Positions 39,209 to 48,692 of a stretch of 56,406 nucleotides of DNA are shown piece after piece. Location of the stretch: the NCBI GenBank assembly GCA_039933235.1, contig JBDTOL010000141.1, positions 1 to 56,406 of the forward strand, read 5' to 3'. Position numbers and translations under genes: made by a program. How positions within the stretch are numbered: the first letter of the stretch is position 1; each line of letters opens with the position of its first letter. Source of the DNA: Spartobacteria bacterium. GTDB lineage: Bacteria > Verrucomicrobiota > Verrucomicrobiia > Chthoniobacterales > UBA10450. The notes under the pieces were generated by a model. That model was not told where the DNA came from. It worked only from the letters and a program-made list of their open reading frames with translations, and did not search any database.

Positions 39209-40435
39209 CTAGATAAACGCTTCCGCAACGGAGTCGGCGAGAAAACGACCGGCGCGCGTCAGCACATAGCGCTCTTGCTGCGGCAGCATCAATCCTAGCT
39301 TAACAAACTCTTCAATTTCGTCCGGCCGATCGCTCACCCATGCCGCGGGTATCCCCCAGCTGGTCCGCAGGGAGAGCGCGATTGACTCCGCGCGCTTCAT
39401 TTGCGGAGTGAGAATTTCATCCCCGGTCGACGCCGTTTCACCTCGAAGCACACGATCGGTGTAGGCCCGATAATCCGAAACATTCTGCCAGCGACGGAGT
39501 CCAATGGTCGAGACGGCGCTTGGTCCCAGCCCGAGATAATCGCGGCCGCTCCAGTAGGCCCGGTTATGGACCGACTGGAAACCGGCCCGGGCATAATTGG
39601 AAACCTCGTACTGTTCAAAGCCAGCCGCGCCTAACAATTCACCGGCCAGATGGAAAAAATCCGCGTCTGCGTCCGCATCGACGCGAAATTCGCCGCGCGC
39701 ATGACGCAGAAAAAACTCCGTGTCCTCCTCGTAGGTGAGGCAGTAGGCCGAAACATGGTCCGGTCCCAGCGCGATGGCGCGGCACAAGGTCGTTTCCCAT
39801 TGCGCCAACGTCTGCCCCGGCAGGCCGAACATCAGGTCGATGTTCAAATTTTTGCAGCCGCTGCGGCGTAAAAGGTCGAACGACGCCTCGGCCTGCACCG
39901 CGGAATGTTCGCGGCCGAGCAGGCGCAGGAGCCCGTCATCAAAGGATTGCACCCCAAGGCTGATCCGGTTCACCCCCGACTCCCGCAGGAGCCGCGCTTT
40001 CCCTTCCGAGACGCTGCCGGGATTGGCTTCGAAGGTCCATTCGCGCAGCCCCGCGAGATCGAGCGACGCGCCGAAACCGCCGAGCAGTCTCTCCAGTTGC
40101 TTCGTCGTTAGGGCGGTGGGTGTTCCTCCGCCAAAGAAGATCGTTTCCGGTTGTAGCCGACGCCCCGTAGGCGACGCGGGAGTGGGTTTTTTTGTTCCAA
40201 GATCCGTCAACTCCCGCGCTTCGCAGAGCGAAGCGGCTACAGTTAAGCTTGCTCGCAGTTCGGCCAGGATCGCCTCGCAAAAGCGGGCCGCCTGGGCCGG
40301 GTCGGCCCGTTCCTTGTAGAAGGCGCAGTAGGGACAAATCCGGGCGCAAAACGGGATGTGCACGTAGATGTGCCGGGCCGCGCCGACCGCCGCCGCCGAG
40401 TTGTCAATCGCCTCCTCGCCCATAGAGTCCACCAT
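39209..40435 (-). CDS. hemW: radical SAM heme chaperone HemW (coproporphyrinogen oxidase-like)
   Basis: Radical SAM cluster motif HIPFCARICPYCAF, FFGGGTP, and an HemN-type C-terminal domain. It contains an in-frame repeat-derived segment at about 40150-40245. Alternative Met start at 40423. Confidence 0.88.
   Translation of the reverse strand: MVDSMGEEAIDNSAAAVGAARHIYVHIPFCARICPYCAFYKERADPAQAARFCEAILAELRASLTVAASLCEARELTDLGTKKPTPASPTGRRLQPETIFFGGGTPTALTTKQLERLLGGFGASLDLAGLREWTFEANPGSVSEGKARLLRESGVNRISLGVQSFDDGLLRLLGREHSAVQAEASFDLLRRSGCKNLNIDLMFGLPGQTLAQWETTLCRAIALGPDHVSAYCLTYEEDTEFFLRHARGEFRVDADADADFFHLAGELLGAAGFEQYEVSNYARAGFQSVHNRAYWSGRDYLGLGPSAVSTIGLRRWQNVSDYRAYTDRVLRGETASTGDEILTPQMKRAESIALSLRTSWGIPAAWVSDRPDEIEEFVKLGLMLPQQERYVLTRAGRFLADSVAEAFI
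40215..40242. repeat. PE-2 short palindromic repeat, copy d (inside hemW)
   Basis: Sequence cgcgcttcgcagagcgaagcggctacag, translated as TVAASLCEAR within HemW. A related palindrome tgtagccgacgccccgtaggcgacgcggg lies at 40152-40180. Confidence 0.7.
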
Positions 40436-41498
40436 CGACGCTCGCCTCTTCCGCTCAATCGCTTTTCTGCTCGCCGGCGTCGCGGGCGCCGCCGCCGCGC
40501 TGGCCCAGGAGATCCCGCCACCGCCCGCCCCGACACCCTCCGTGGTTTACCGGGCGCACAACGACGCCGCCATCCGGGATTATCGGGTCAATCCCGACCT
40601 GGTCAGGCGCATGACCAACGCGCTCGTCCTCGCGGTTACCCATCAGCCGGACGTGGCCAGCGCCTGGCGTTCGCTGGTCCAGCCTAACGACAGAATCGGG
40701 ATCAAAATCTCGGCTGCGGGTGGCGAACTTTTTACGACCCACCGCGCGATCGTCAACACCATCGTGGACGGTCTGGTCGCAGCCGGCCACTCGCGCCGCG
40801 ACATCATCGTTTGGGATAAGTCCCTCGGCGGGATCAGAGAAGCGGGCTATACCGGCGCCGAAGGTTATCAGCTCAAGTCGATCCCGCCGCGCGACGGATA
40901 CGACCCGAAGGCGACCGTCTCCGCGCCCTTCCTCGGCAACCTGATCTGGGGCGATTTCGAATACACCGCCGGCGGCGGGCAGATGCCGCTCCTGAGCGAC
41001 ACTGAGAACACGAGCAGCGTGAGCCATCTCTCGAAGATCGTGGCCAACGAAGTAACGAAGATCATCAACCTGCCGGTGCTGAGCGACAATGTGCGCAACG
41101 GCGTGGCCGGCTGCCTCTACAACGTCACGATCCCAAACCTCGACAATTGGCGCCGCTTTGGCGTGCCGCCCGATTTCGGCGCCTCGAGCATTCCGGAGAT
41201 CTACAGCGATCCGCACATCGGGCCGAAGGTCATCTTCAACCTGATGGATGGTCTCCTCGCCCAGTATGCGGGCGGGCCGGAATCGCAGCCCGGTTATTCC
41301 TTCCCCTTCGCCACGCTCTACGCGAGCAAGGACCCGGTCGCGATCGACGCCATCGCGCTACGACAGCTCGAGGAGTGGCGCGCGAAGAGGAAGGTGCCGC
41401 CGATCAAGCGCCTCGGCGCGCATGTGCAAGTGGCGGAACAATTCGGACTCGGGAACGCGAATCTCTCGCGCATCCAAATCCGTGACGTCGGCCCGTGA
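40368..41498 (+). CDS. DUF362 domain-containing protein (secreted or periplasmic)
   Basis: 376 aa with DUF362-type blocks (IGIKISAAGG, IVNTIVDGLVAAGHSRRDIIVWDK). The track start overlaps the hemW 5' end on the opposite strand by 68 nt, so one of the two starts is probably shorter. Confidence 0.75.
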   Translation: MCRAAPTAAAELSIASSPIESTIDARLFRSIAFLLAGVAGAAAALAQEIPPPPAPTPSVVYRAHNDAAIRDYRVNPDLVRRMTNALVLAVTHQPDVASAWRSLVQPNDRIGIKISAAGGELFTTHRAIVNTIVDGLVAAGHSRRDIIVWDKSLGGIREAGYTGAEGYQLKSIPPRDGYDPKATVSAPFLGNLIWGDFEYTAGGGQMPLLSDTENTSSVSHLSKIVANEVTKIINLPVLSDNVRNGVAGCLYNVTIPNLDNWRRFGVPPDFGASSIPEIYSDPHIGPKVIFNLMDGLLAQYAGGPESQPGYSFPFATLYASKDPVAIDAIALRQLEEWRAKRKVPPIKRLGAHVQVAEQFGLGNANLSRIQIRDVGP

Positions 41499-42433
41499 AA
41501 GAGATCCTCCAATCCGTCTCGCGATCGTTCTATCTCACGATCCGTTTCCTGCCGCGTCCGTTGCGCGAGCCGGTTAGCCTCGCCTACCTGCTGGCGCGCG
41601 CGACCGACACGATTGCAGACACAGCGACAATCCCCGCGTCCGCTCGCCTAACGAATCTGCGAGACTTCGCACGGGTCATCCGAGGCGAACTGGATTTCGA
41701 CACGGTCGAGGAATCACTCCGCACTTTCGCCGCGCAACAGACCGATCCGGCCGAGCGCAACCTGATCGAGAATCTGCGCGGCTGCATTGCGTGGCTGACC
41801 CGGATGGATCCGGCCGACCGGGCCGACATTCGCACAGTGCTCCAGACGATCGTGCGCGGACAGGAACTCGACCTGGAGCGATTTGGCGAGTCCGGCACAG
41901 TGCACTCCCTGCGCACCGCCGCTGAACTGGACGAATACACCCACCTCGTTGCCGGGTGTGTCGGCGAATTCTGGACGAAGCTGGGGCTGCGGCGCCTGCC
42001 ACCGTTCACGAACCGGTCGCCGGATGAAATGCAGCAACTCGGGATCGAGTACGGAAAGGGTCTGCAATTGATCAACGTCCTGCGCGATCGCGGCTCCGAT
42101 CTTAAGAATGGCCGCGACTACCTGCCGTCGGAAGAACTGGCGGGTGCGCCGGTCGCGGAAGTTTTCGCGCGCTGGCTCGATCGGACAGAGGAACACCTGA
42201 AGAGCGGCATCGACTACTGCGGTGCCCTAACAAATTGGCGGGTGCGTTACGCGACCGCGCTGCCGGCGTTGATCGGCGCCCGCACCATTGCGCTGCTTCG
42301 CGCCGCCGGACCCGGCTCGGCAGGAATCAAAGTCCCACGCGCGGAAGTGCGTCGCATCCTCGTTATCGGGGCGTGGGCAGCGCTTTCGACGCCCTCTCTC
42401 GAAGCGCTCTTCCTACGCCTCCTCGCGCGGTAA
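41495..42433 (+). CDS. squalene/phytoene synthase family protein (HpnC/HpnD-like)
   Basis: 312 aa with a GTG start overlapping the upstream TGA (GTGA). Blocks SFYLTIRFLP and two Asp-rich motifs ATDTIAD and NVLRDRGSD. Confidence 0.85.
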   Translation: MKEILQSVSRSFYLTIRFLPRPLREPVSLAYLLARATDTIADTATIPASARLTNLRDFARVIRGELDFDTVEESLRTFAAQQTDPAERNLIENLRGCIAWLTRMDPADRADIRTVLQTIVRGQELDLERFGESGTVHSLRTAAELDEYTHLVAGCVGEFWTKLGLRRLPPFTNRSPDEMQQLGIEYGKGLQLINVLRDRGSDLKNGRDYLPSEELAGAPVAEVFARWLDRTEEHLKSGIDYCGALTNWRVRYATALPALIGARTIALLRAAGPGSAGIKVPRAEVRRILVIGAWAALSTPSLEALFLRLLAR

Positions 42434-42447
42434 AGTTTCCCCTTCCC

Positions 42448-42532
42448 GGTGGAGCGAGACTCCGTCGAGCTTGGGAGTAGACGCGGCCGTGAGACAGTCC
42501 TCCTACCCGGCTCGACAGAGCCTCGCTCCACC
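42448..42532. repeat. PE-1 palindromic element (85 nt)
   Basis: Sequence ggtggagcgagactccgtcgagc-(39 nt)-gctcgacagagcctcgctccacc. It lies 15 nt after the stop of the squalene-synthase-like gene. Confidence 0.85.
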
Positions 42533-42605
42533 GCGACAAAGCTCTCCGGGCCATCGAGATGATTTGCAGGTTGGAAGCCTCCGTGCGCGCCCCTAAAGTC
42601 GCACC

Positions 42606-43949
42606 ATGAAAAGTGCTCGATCGATTCTCTTGCTCGTCGTTGTCGCCGTTTGCCTAACGACGCGGTCCCATTCTGCCGAACTAACCGCTCTCGTGGGCGG
42701 TCGCCTGATCGACGGTTTCGGCGGACCGCCTCTCGCGAATAGCGTCATCCTGATCGACGGCGAGCGCATCACCAAGATCGGCCAGGTCGGTACCCTGGCT
42801 GTGCCGAAGGATGCCGAGGTAATCTCGACCGAAGGGATGGACGTCCTCCCCGGCCTCTGGGACGCGCACGTGCACACCATGCTGCTCGGGCACAGCGACT
42901 ACGATCATTGGGACAAAACGTATCCGGCCCGGCTCGGCTCGGAGATCATGCCGGCGGCCGCGCATCAGTTACTCATGGCCGGCGTGACCAGCGCCCGCGA
43001 CCTGGGCGCGCCGCTCAAGGAGAGCCTCGAGGTGCGCGACCGGATCAACCGCGGCGAAATTCCCGGTCCGAATCTCTACGTCTCCGGCCCCTTCATCCAA
43101 CATGAGCCCTACCCGGGCACGGAGGCTTTCCGCTGGGGCGTAAAAGGAGCCGCGGACGGCCGCGCCAAGGTCAAGAAACTGGCCGAGGCTGGTGTGAACA
43201 TCATCAAGCTGATCGACCAGGACCAGATGACGATGGAGGAAGTCAAAGCCGTGGTGGACGAAGCGCACGCGAACAAGCTGCCAGTCGTCGCACATGGCCA
43301 TCGGCCGGAGGAAATCCGGCGCGGGCTCGCCGCGGGCGTGGACGATTTTGAGCACACCGGCCTTTCCACCGCGCCTGGTTACCCGGAAGACATCCTGAAA
43401 GCGATCGCGGAACGCACCGCCAAGATGAGCTTGGGCCCGCTCTTCTGGTGTCCGACGATCGAGGGGTTTCTCAATTACCAGGCGCTGATCGACAATCCCG
43501 AGCAGCTCGACGACCCGGCCTGGCAACTCGATGTGCCTAACGACATCGTGCAGGACATCAAGAAATCGATCCAGCACCCGGGGCAGCTCAGCTATTATCA
43601 GATCACACCGCTGCGCGCCGCGACGGTGAAGAAGAAGTTTCACCAATTGCAGGATGCGGGCGTGGTCATGCTGGTCGGGACCGACAGCGGGATCCCGATG
43701 AAATTTCACAGCAACTCAACCTGGCACGAGATGGAAGCCTGGGTGCACGAACTCGGGGTGGATCCGATGGCGACGATTCGGGCGGCGACCTACTGGCCGG
43801 CGGTGATGATGAAGGTGGACAAGGACTACGGCTCGATCAGCGAAGGAAAGTTTGCCGACATCATCGCGGTGAAAGGCGACGTCCTGCGCTACATCGACCT
43901 GCTGCAACGGGTCGACCTCGTGCTAAAGCACGGCCACCGCTACAAGTAA
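42606..43949 (+). CDS. amidohydrolase family protein (secreted)
   Basis: 447 aa with a signal peptide. Metal-binding motif WDAHVHT, a later HGH, and the typical C-terminal block GSISEGKFADIIAV. Confidence 0.85.
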   Translation: MKSARSILLLVVVAVCLTTRSHSAELTALVGGRLIDGFGGPPLANSVILIDGERITKIGQVGTLAVPKDAEVISTEGMDVLPGLWDAHVHTMLLGHSDYDHWDKTYPARLGSEIMPAAAHQLLMAGVTSARDLGAPLKESLEVRDRINRGEIPGPNLYVSGPFIQHEPYPGTEAFRWGVKGAADGRAKVKKLAEAGVNIIKLIDQDQMTMEEVKAVVDEAHANKLPVVAHGHRPEEIRRGLAAGVDDFEHTGLSTAPGYPEDILKAIAERTAKMSLGPLFWCPTIEGFLNYQALIDNPEQLDDPAWQLDVPNDIVQDIKKSIQHPGQLSYYQITPLRAATVKKKFHQLQDAGVVMLVGTDSGIPMKFHSNSTWHEMEAWVHELGVDPMATIRAATYWPAVMMKVDKDYGSISEGKFADIIAVKGDVLRYIDLLQRVDLVLKHGHRYK

Positions 43950-44058
43950 ATCACGGCGTTACGGTGGAGATCACTAAATCGTCATATGGTTTGCGTTGAC
44001 CGGGGTGGATGCCGATGCAACTGGAAGGGGCTCTCTCCCGTAGAACTCTTTTGAGACT

Positions 44059-44910
44059 ATGGATATAAGGCTTCTTCTCGTCCCGTACGACTCCGGCCAG
44101 CGCAACGTGCGAATGGGGGCAGGGCCCGAACATCTCCGGTCGGCCGGCCTCGAGGGACAGCTCACCGCCCAGGGGCACCGGGTCGACCTCCAGGTGATCG
44201 AGCCCGCCTCAATGAACTGGCGGGCAGAAGTGCAAACCAGTTTTGAGCTAATGCGCGCAGTGGCGGAGCACGTGCGCGCCGCACGCTCCGAGGGTCGGTT
44301 CCCGATCGTACTCTCCGGCAATTGCCTTTCTGCGGTTGGCGTCATCTCAGGCCTCGGCGCCCAGACCGGCGTGATGTGGATCGATGCCCACGGCGATTTC
44401 AATACGCCGCAGACCACGATGAGCGGTTTCCTCGATGGGATGACCCTGGCAACGGCGACTGGGCGTTGCTGGCTGGAGCTGGCACGCAGCATCGAGGGCT
44501 TCGAGCCGGTCAAGGACAAGGCGGTCGTGATGTTCGGCACGCGCGATCTCGATCCGGGCGAAGGCCCGGCCCTGGCCCGCAGTGAGATCGTTAGGCTAAG
44601 CGCAGAGGCGAAGCTTGAGGAGATCGAGAAGGTTCTTCAGTCGATCCGCCCCACGATGGAAAGATTCTACGTCCATCTCGACATGGACGCGCTCGATCCC
44701 AAGGAAGGCCGGGCCAACGGCTATACTGCACGAGGCGGATTCTCCAGCGAGAAACTGCAGACGCTCCTCCGCGCGATCGCCGGGAATCTTCCGGTCGAGG
44801 CGCTCACCATCGCCAGTTACGATCCGTCCTATGACAGCGAAGGCAAAGTCTGCGCGGCGGCCTTGGAGGCTGCGGTGACCGTGCTCGGTGGCAGCCCGTC
44901 AGCACGCTGA
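44059..44910 (+). CDS. arginase-family hydrolase (arginase/agmatinase/formimidoylglutamase)
   Basis: 283 aa with Mn-binding blocks IDAHGDFNTP, GFLDGM, VHLDMDALDP. Confidence 0.85.
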   Translation: MDIRLLLVPYDSGQRNVRMGAGPEHLRSAGLEGQLTAQGHRVDLQVIEPASMNWRAEVQTSFELMRAVAEHVRAARSEGRFPIVLSGNCLSAVGVISGLGAQTGVMWIDAHGDFNTPQTTMSGFLDGMTLATATGRCWLELARSIEGFEPVKDKAVVMFGTRDLDPGEGPALARSEIVRLSAEAKLEEIEKVLQSIRPTMERFYVHLDMDALDPKEGRANGYTARGGFSSEKLQTLLRAIAGNLPVEALTIASYDPSYDSEGKVCAAALEAAVTVLGGSPSAR

Positions 44911-44915
44911 CCCTC

Positions 44916-45000
44916 GGTAGGGCGAGACTCAGTCGGGCCTGGGATAGCGGCAGGCGGCAAGATACTCCTCCTCCCATGCTCGACGGAATCTCGCACCACC
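44916..45000. repeat. PE-1 palindromic element (85 nt) between the convergent arginase-family gene and ligD
   Basis: Sequence ggtagggcgagactcagtcgggc-(39 nt)-gctcgacggaatctcgcaccacc. This copy is more diverged than the others. Confidence 0.8.
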
Positions 45001-45007
45001 GATCGGC

Positions 45008-46723
45008 CTAGCCCTCCGGATCGGCCGGGCTCTCGCGCTTCACTTCAGCCGGCTCTTTATCGTCGCGCAGCCCGAGGAAAACCGGCGCGCGCAATTTCGC
45101 GTCGCGCGTCCACTCCGCGAATTTAACCTGGCAAACGAAGACGGGGTTGAGCCAGGTGATCTTGCGCATCATGCCGGGGGTAATTCCCTGCGACCATTTC
45201 CCGGCGCTCTTGGAAGGCAGATCGGTAAAGGGACAATCGTCGCGTAGTTCGCGCTGAAATTTCTCATGCAAGCTCGCAAGCATTTTGGTGTCGAAGCCAG
45301 TCCCGACTTTGCCCGCGAAGAGCAGCTTCTTCTTCTCGTAATAGCCCACCAGCACCGCGCCGAAATATTTGCGCGCGCCGGCCGGCGGGGTGTAACCCCC
45401 GATGACGAATTCCTGCTCATTCTGGCACTTCAGCTTGATCCACGCGCCGCTCCGCCGGCCCGCTTCGTAGAGAGAATCGGCCCGCTTCCCGATGATTCCT
45501 TCCAAGCCGCGCCGTTTTACTTCCGCGAGGAGCGCTTTCGGATCGTCGCCGAGCTCGCCGGAGTATCGGATCGGTTCGCGCGCCCCCGCCGACAGCTGTC
45601 GCAGCATTTCCTTGCGCGTTGCCAGCGGAAATCCGACCAGGCTTTTGCCTTCCAGCTGGAGAAGATCGAAAACGTAATAGGAAAGCGGCGCGTCGTAGCC
45701 TTCCATCTCGCGCGCCTGCAACAACTGGAAGGAGGAGCGCCCCTCCTCGTCGAGCGCGACCACTTCGCCGTCGATCACGCACTCCGCGCAGGGCAGAGTG
45801 GTGAGCGCCTCCGCCACCTCCGGGAATTTCTTTGTCAGGTCGTTTTCATTGCGCGAGATCAACTTCACTTTCCCGTCGCTCTTCAATGCCAGCACGCGGA
45901 AGCCGTCGAACTTTAGCTCATAGATCCAGCCGCCTCCGGCCGGCGGCGTTTCGACCAGCTTCGGTTTCATCGGATGGATGAAGCGCGGTTTCCCCGCCGG
46001 CAGGGAATCAGGCAGCGCGACCGCGCTGTTACCTACTTTTGCGGCGCGCGGGACTTTTTTTTTAGGGCCGCGCTCCTTTTCCCCGATCGCCTTGCGAATG
46101 CGCGTACGCAGGTTCTCCTTCGCGCCGCCGTCCTCGCGATGGGATTGCCATTCCGCATCGCGATCCTGCGCGATCTGTTTCATCGTCCGCCCGGTCTTGG
46201 CCGATTCGTCATCGCGCTTTATTGAAATGGGCTTTACGTCGGCGTCGCTTTTCAAAAGCAGCCACTGGTTTTTGCCGCCATCACGCCGGGTGCGGATGAG
46301 GGCCCAGTCGCCCTTCAGCTTTTTTCCTTCGAGCACGAGATGCAGCCGGCCTTCCGCGAGCGCCTGGAGCGGTTTCTCACCGTGCACATAATAGTTGCCC
46401 TTGTCCCACACCATCACGGTGCCGCCGCCGTAGCTCCCCTCCGGGATGATCCCCTCAAAATCTTCGTAATCGATCGGGTGATCTTCCACCTCGACCGCGA
46501 GATGTTTCTCGCCCCGCAGCCAGGGAATCCCCTTGGGCACCGCCCAGGATTTTAGGACACCATCCATCTCGAGCCGGAAATCGTAGTGCAGCCGGCTGGC
46601 ATCATGTTTTTGAATGACAAACCGGGAGGCGCCCGCGACGCGTTTCGGGCGCGGTTTCTTCACGCCACTCGGCTCGGAGGTGACGGCGAAATTCCTTTTG
46701 CGTTTGTATTCCGTGAGTCCCAT
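45008..46723 (-). CDS. ligD: DNA ligase D, phosphoesterase + ATP-dependent ligase domains only
   Basis: Starts MGLTEYKRKRNFAVTSEP. PE domain FVIQKHDASRLHYDFRLE and adenylation motif YELKFDGFR. The extra 12 codons in the track ORF are the translated T-run of the upstream terminator. Confidence 0.88.
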   Translation of the reverse strand: MGLTEYKRKRNFAVTSEPSGVKKPRPKRVAGASRFVIQKHDASRLHYDFRLEMDGVLKSWAVPKGIPWLRGEKHLAVEVEDHPIDYEDFEGIIPEGSYGGGTVMVWDKGNYYVHGEKPLQALAEGRLHLVLEGKKLKGDWALIRTRRDGGKNQWLLLKSDADVKPISIKRDDESAKTGRTMKQIAQDRDAEWQSHREDGGAKENLRTRIRKAIGEKERGPKKKVPRAAKVGNSAVALPDSLPAGKPRFIHPMKPKLVETPPAGGGWIYELKFDGFRVLALKSDGKVKLISRNENDLTKKFPEVAEALTTLPCAECVIDGEVVALDEEGRSSFQLLQAREMEGYDAPLSYYVFDLLQLEGKSLVGFPLATRKEMLRQLSAGAREPIRYSGELGDDPKALLAEVKRRGLEGIIGKRADSLYEAGRRSGAWIKLKCQNEQEFVIGGYTPPAGARKYFGAVLVGYYEKKKLLFAGKVGTGFDTKMLASLHEKFQRELRDDCPFTDLPSKSAGKWSQGITPGMMRKITWLNPVFVCQVKFAEWTRDAKLRAPVFLGLRDDKEPAEVKRESPADPEG

Positions 46724-46742
46724 TCCCTTACGGTTCCATCCC

Positions 46743-46783
46743 GAAAAGAAAAACGCCACCGCGATCGCACGGATCGCGGTGGC
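46743..46783 (-). terminator. intrinsic terminator after the DUF892 gene
   Basis: Perfect 12-bp stem GCCACCGCGATC / GATCGCGGTGGC with a 5-nt loop (46755-46783). On the minus strand it is followed by GTTTTTCTTTTC. Confidence 0.75.
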
Positions 46784-46807
46784 GAAAATCTGCTCCCGTA
46801 GTCGGGT

Positions 46808-47341
46808 CTAACGGCGGGAACGGGAACGCGACGAGACGACCTCTTCGCCTTCTTCTTCGGCTTCCTCGTTAACGATGCTTTCGGCGATCTCGGTCAGCTT
46901 TTCATCGGCCGCGCCTTCCTCGTCCAGCGTTTCCTGGAGCAGATCCTGCGCTTCATTCTCCCCGAGAAGGGAGGCAAAGGTGCGGACCACGCCGTAGCCG
47001 GCCATCTCGTAATGCTCGACCCGCTGAGCGGCGGCGATGATGCCGGCGTCAATGACCGACTCCGGGCCGTCTTCTTTCATCATTTCGGAGCCTTCCTCGA
47101 CCAGGCCCTTCATTGCCTTGCAGGTCTTGCCGCTCGGCTTTTTGCCGAGTTTCACGAAGATCTCGTCGAGCCGCTCAACGTGCGTCTGAGTCTCCTCGAG
47201 ATGACTCTCGAAAGCCTCCTTCAGTTCCGGAGTACTCGCCTTTTTCGCCATCTTGGGCAACGCCTTCAAGAGTTGATTCTCGGCGTTGTAGAGATCGCGC
47301 ATTTCTTCAATCCATAACGTGCGGAGTGAATCCAATTTCAT
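46808..47341 (-). CDS. ferritin-like DUF892 protein (YciE/YciF family)
   Basis: 177 aa with the typical sequence LWIEEMRDLYNAENQLLKALPKMAKKA...LEETQTHVERL. Acidic C-terminal tail. Confidence 0.85.
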   Translation of the reverse strand: MKLDSLRTLWIEEMRDLYNAENQLLKALPKMAKKASTPELKEAFESHLEETQTHVERLDEIFVKLGKKPSGKTCKAMKGLVEEGSEMMKEDGPESVIDAGIIAAAQRVEHYEMAGYGVVRTFASLLGENEAQDLLQETLDEEGAADEKLTEIAESIVNEEAEEEGEEVVSSRSRSRR

Positions 47342-47510
47342 AATGATAGCCTTTGGTTTGTGTTTGGTTTTCGGACTTCCCGCAGGTTGTCCGGCCGGCT
47401 TTTGCTTTTTCTAGAATCGCCGTGCAAAGCTTTAAACGGATCACGCCAGCCCGCCGCGTGTATCCGGATTTCCTAGAGGAATATGGGAAAATTCCGGACC
47501 CTGAACTGCC

Positions 47511-48692
47511 TCAATCGCACAGTTCCACGGTCACGCTTGCGCCGGCCGCAAAGGTGCTTCCGGGCGCCGCGCGCAGGAGCGCGTTAGCCCGGCTCAGACC
47601 AAAAAGAGCATGCGATTCCTGACGTCCGGTAAGAGTAAAAACGCCATCCTGCAATCGGCCGCGCAGATAGTGTGGTCGATCGCCGCTGTTGGTCACCTCT
47701 GAGGCGAGCCGCGCGGGGACTTCGGGCAGGCCGAGGTGTTCCCCCGCTGCGCCACGCATTTGTAAAAGGGCTGGGCGGACAAATTTCAGAAAGGTGACAA
47801 AAGCCGAGACCGGGTTTCCCGGCAGGCCAAAAATGCAGCAACCACCGGCCCGGCCAAAGAGGAACGGCTTGCCGGGCTTGAGCGCGACCCGCCAGAGATC
47901 GATCTCCGCGCCCAGAGCGCGCAAGGCCGGTTTAACCAAATCATGGTCGCCGACCGAGACGCCACCGCTCACGATCAGGGCATCGGTCTCCAAGCCGCGA
48001 CGAAACAGTTCCGTCATGCGCTCGAGAGCGTCTGGGCAATGCTCGACCAGCCGCACGTCCGCTCCGGCGCGGCGGGCCAGAGCGTGGAGCATGATCGCGT
48101 TGCTCTCGAAGATCTGCCCCGGCTGCAGCGTTCCTCCGGGCCTAACGAGTTCGTCGCCGGTCGAGACGATCGCGACCGCGGGCGTTCCCCCCACCTCGAT
48201 CTCCGCCAGTCCCTGCGCGGCGAGGAGCGCCATTGTCTGGGCGGTGATCGGTTCGCCGCGGCCAAGAATTTTTTGCCCCTCCGCGAGGTCAGCTCCCTGC
48301 CGCCGGATGAATTCACCAAGCTCCGCAGCGCACTGCGCGGTGATGCGCTCCTCCTCGCGGTGGACGTCCTCTTGCATGATCACCGCGTCGGCACCCGCGG
48401 GGAGCGGCGCGCCGGTGAAGATGCGGATCGCTTCCCCTGCTCCGACCGTCAGGCCGCGCGCGGCGCCGGCCGGTTGCTCGCCCACGACCCGCAGGATGGC
48501 GCCCTTTCCGCACGAGTCCGCCTGGACCGCATAGCCGTCCATCGCGGAATTATCGAAGGCCGGGAGCGGTCGCACCGCGCCAACGTCCCGGGCAGAGATT
48601 TGGCCTAACGATTCGATCAGCGTGGCTCGGCGGGCAGGTAGCGCCGTGACCCGGCTCAACACTGCGGCTAAGGCCTCGGCTTCGCTGGTCAT
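47511..48692 (-). CDS. moeA: molybdopterin molybdotransferase
   Basis: 393 aa with MoeA blocks (PAFDNSAMDGYAV, IVSTGDEL, SGGVSVGDHD, PGNPVSAFV). Confidence 0.92.
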   Translation of the reverse strand: MTSEAEALAAVLSRVTALPARRATLIESLGQISARDVGAVRPLPAFDNSAMDGYAVQADSCGKGAILRVVGEQPAGAARGLTVGAGEAIRIFTGAPLPAGADAVIMQEDVHREEERITAQCAAELGEFIRRQGADLAEGQKILGRGEPITAQTMALLAAQGLAEIEVGGTPAVAIVSTGDELVRPGGTLQPGQIFESNAIMLHALARRAGADVRLVEHCPDALERMTELFRRGLETDALIVSGGVSVGDHDLVKPALRALGAEIDLWRVALKPGKPFLFGRAGGCCIFGLPGNPVSAFVTFLKFVRPALLQMRGAAGEHLGLPEVPARLASEVTNSGDRPHYLRGRLQDGVFTLTGRQESHALFGLSRANALLRAAPGSTFAAGASVTVELCD

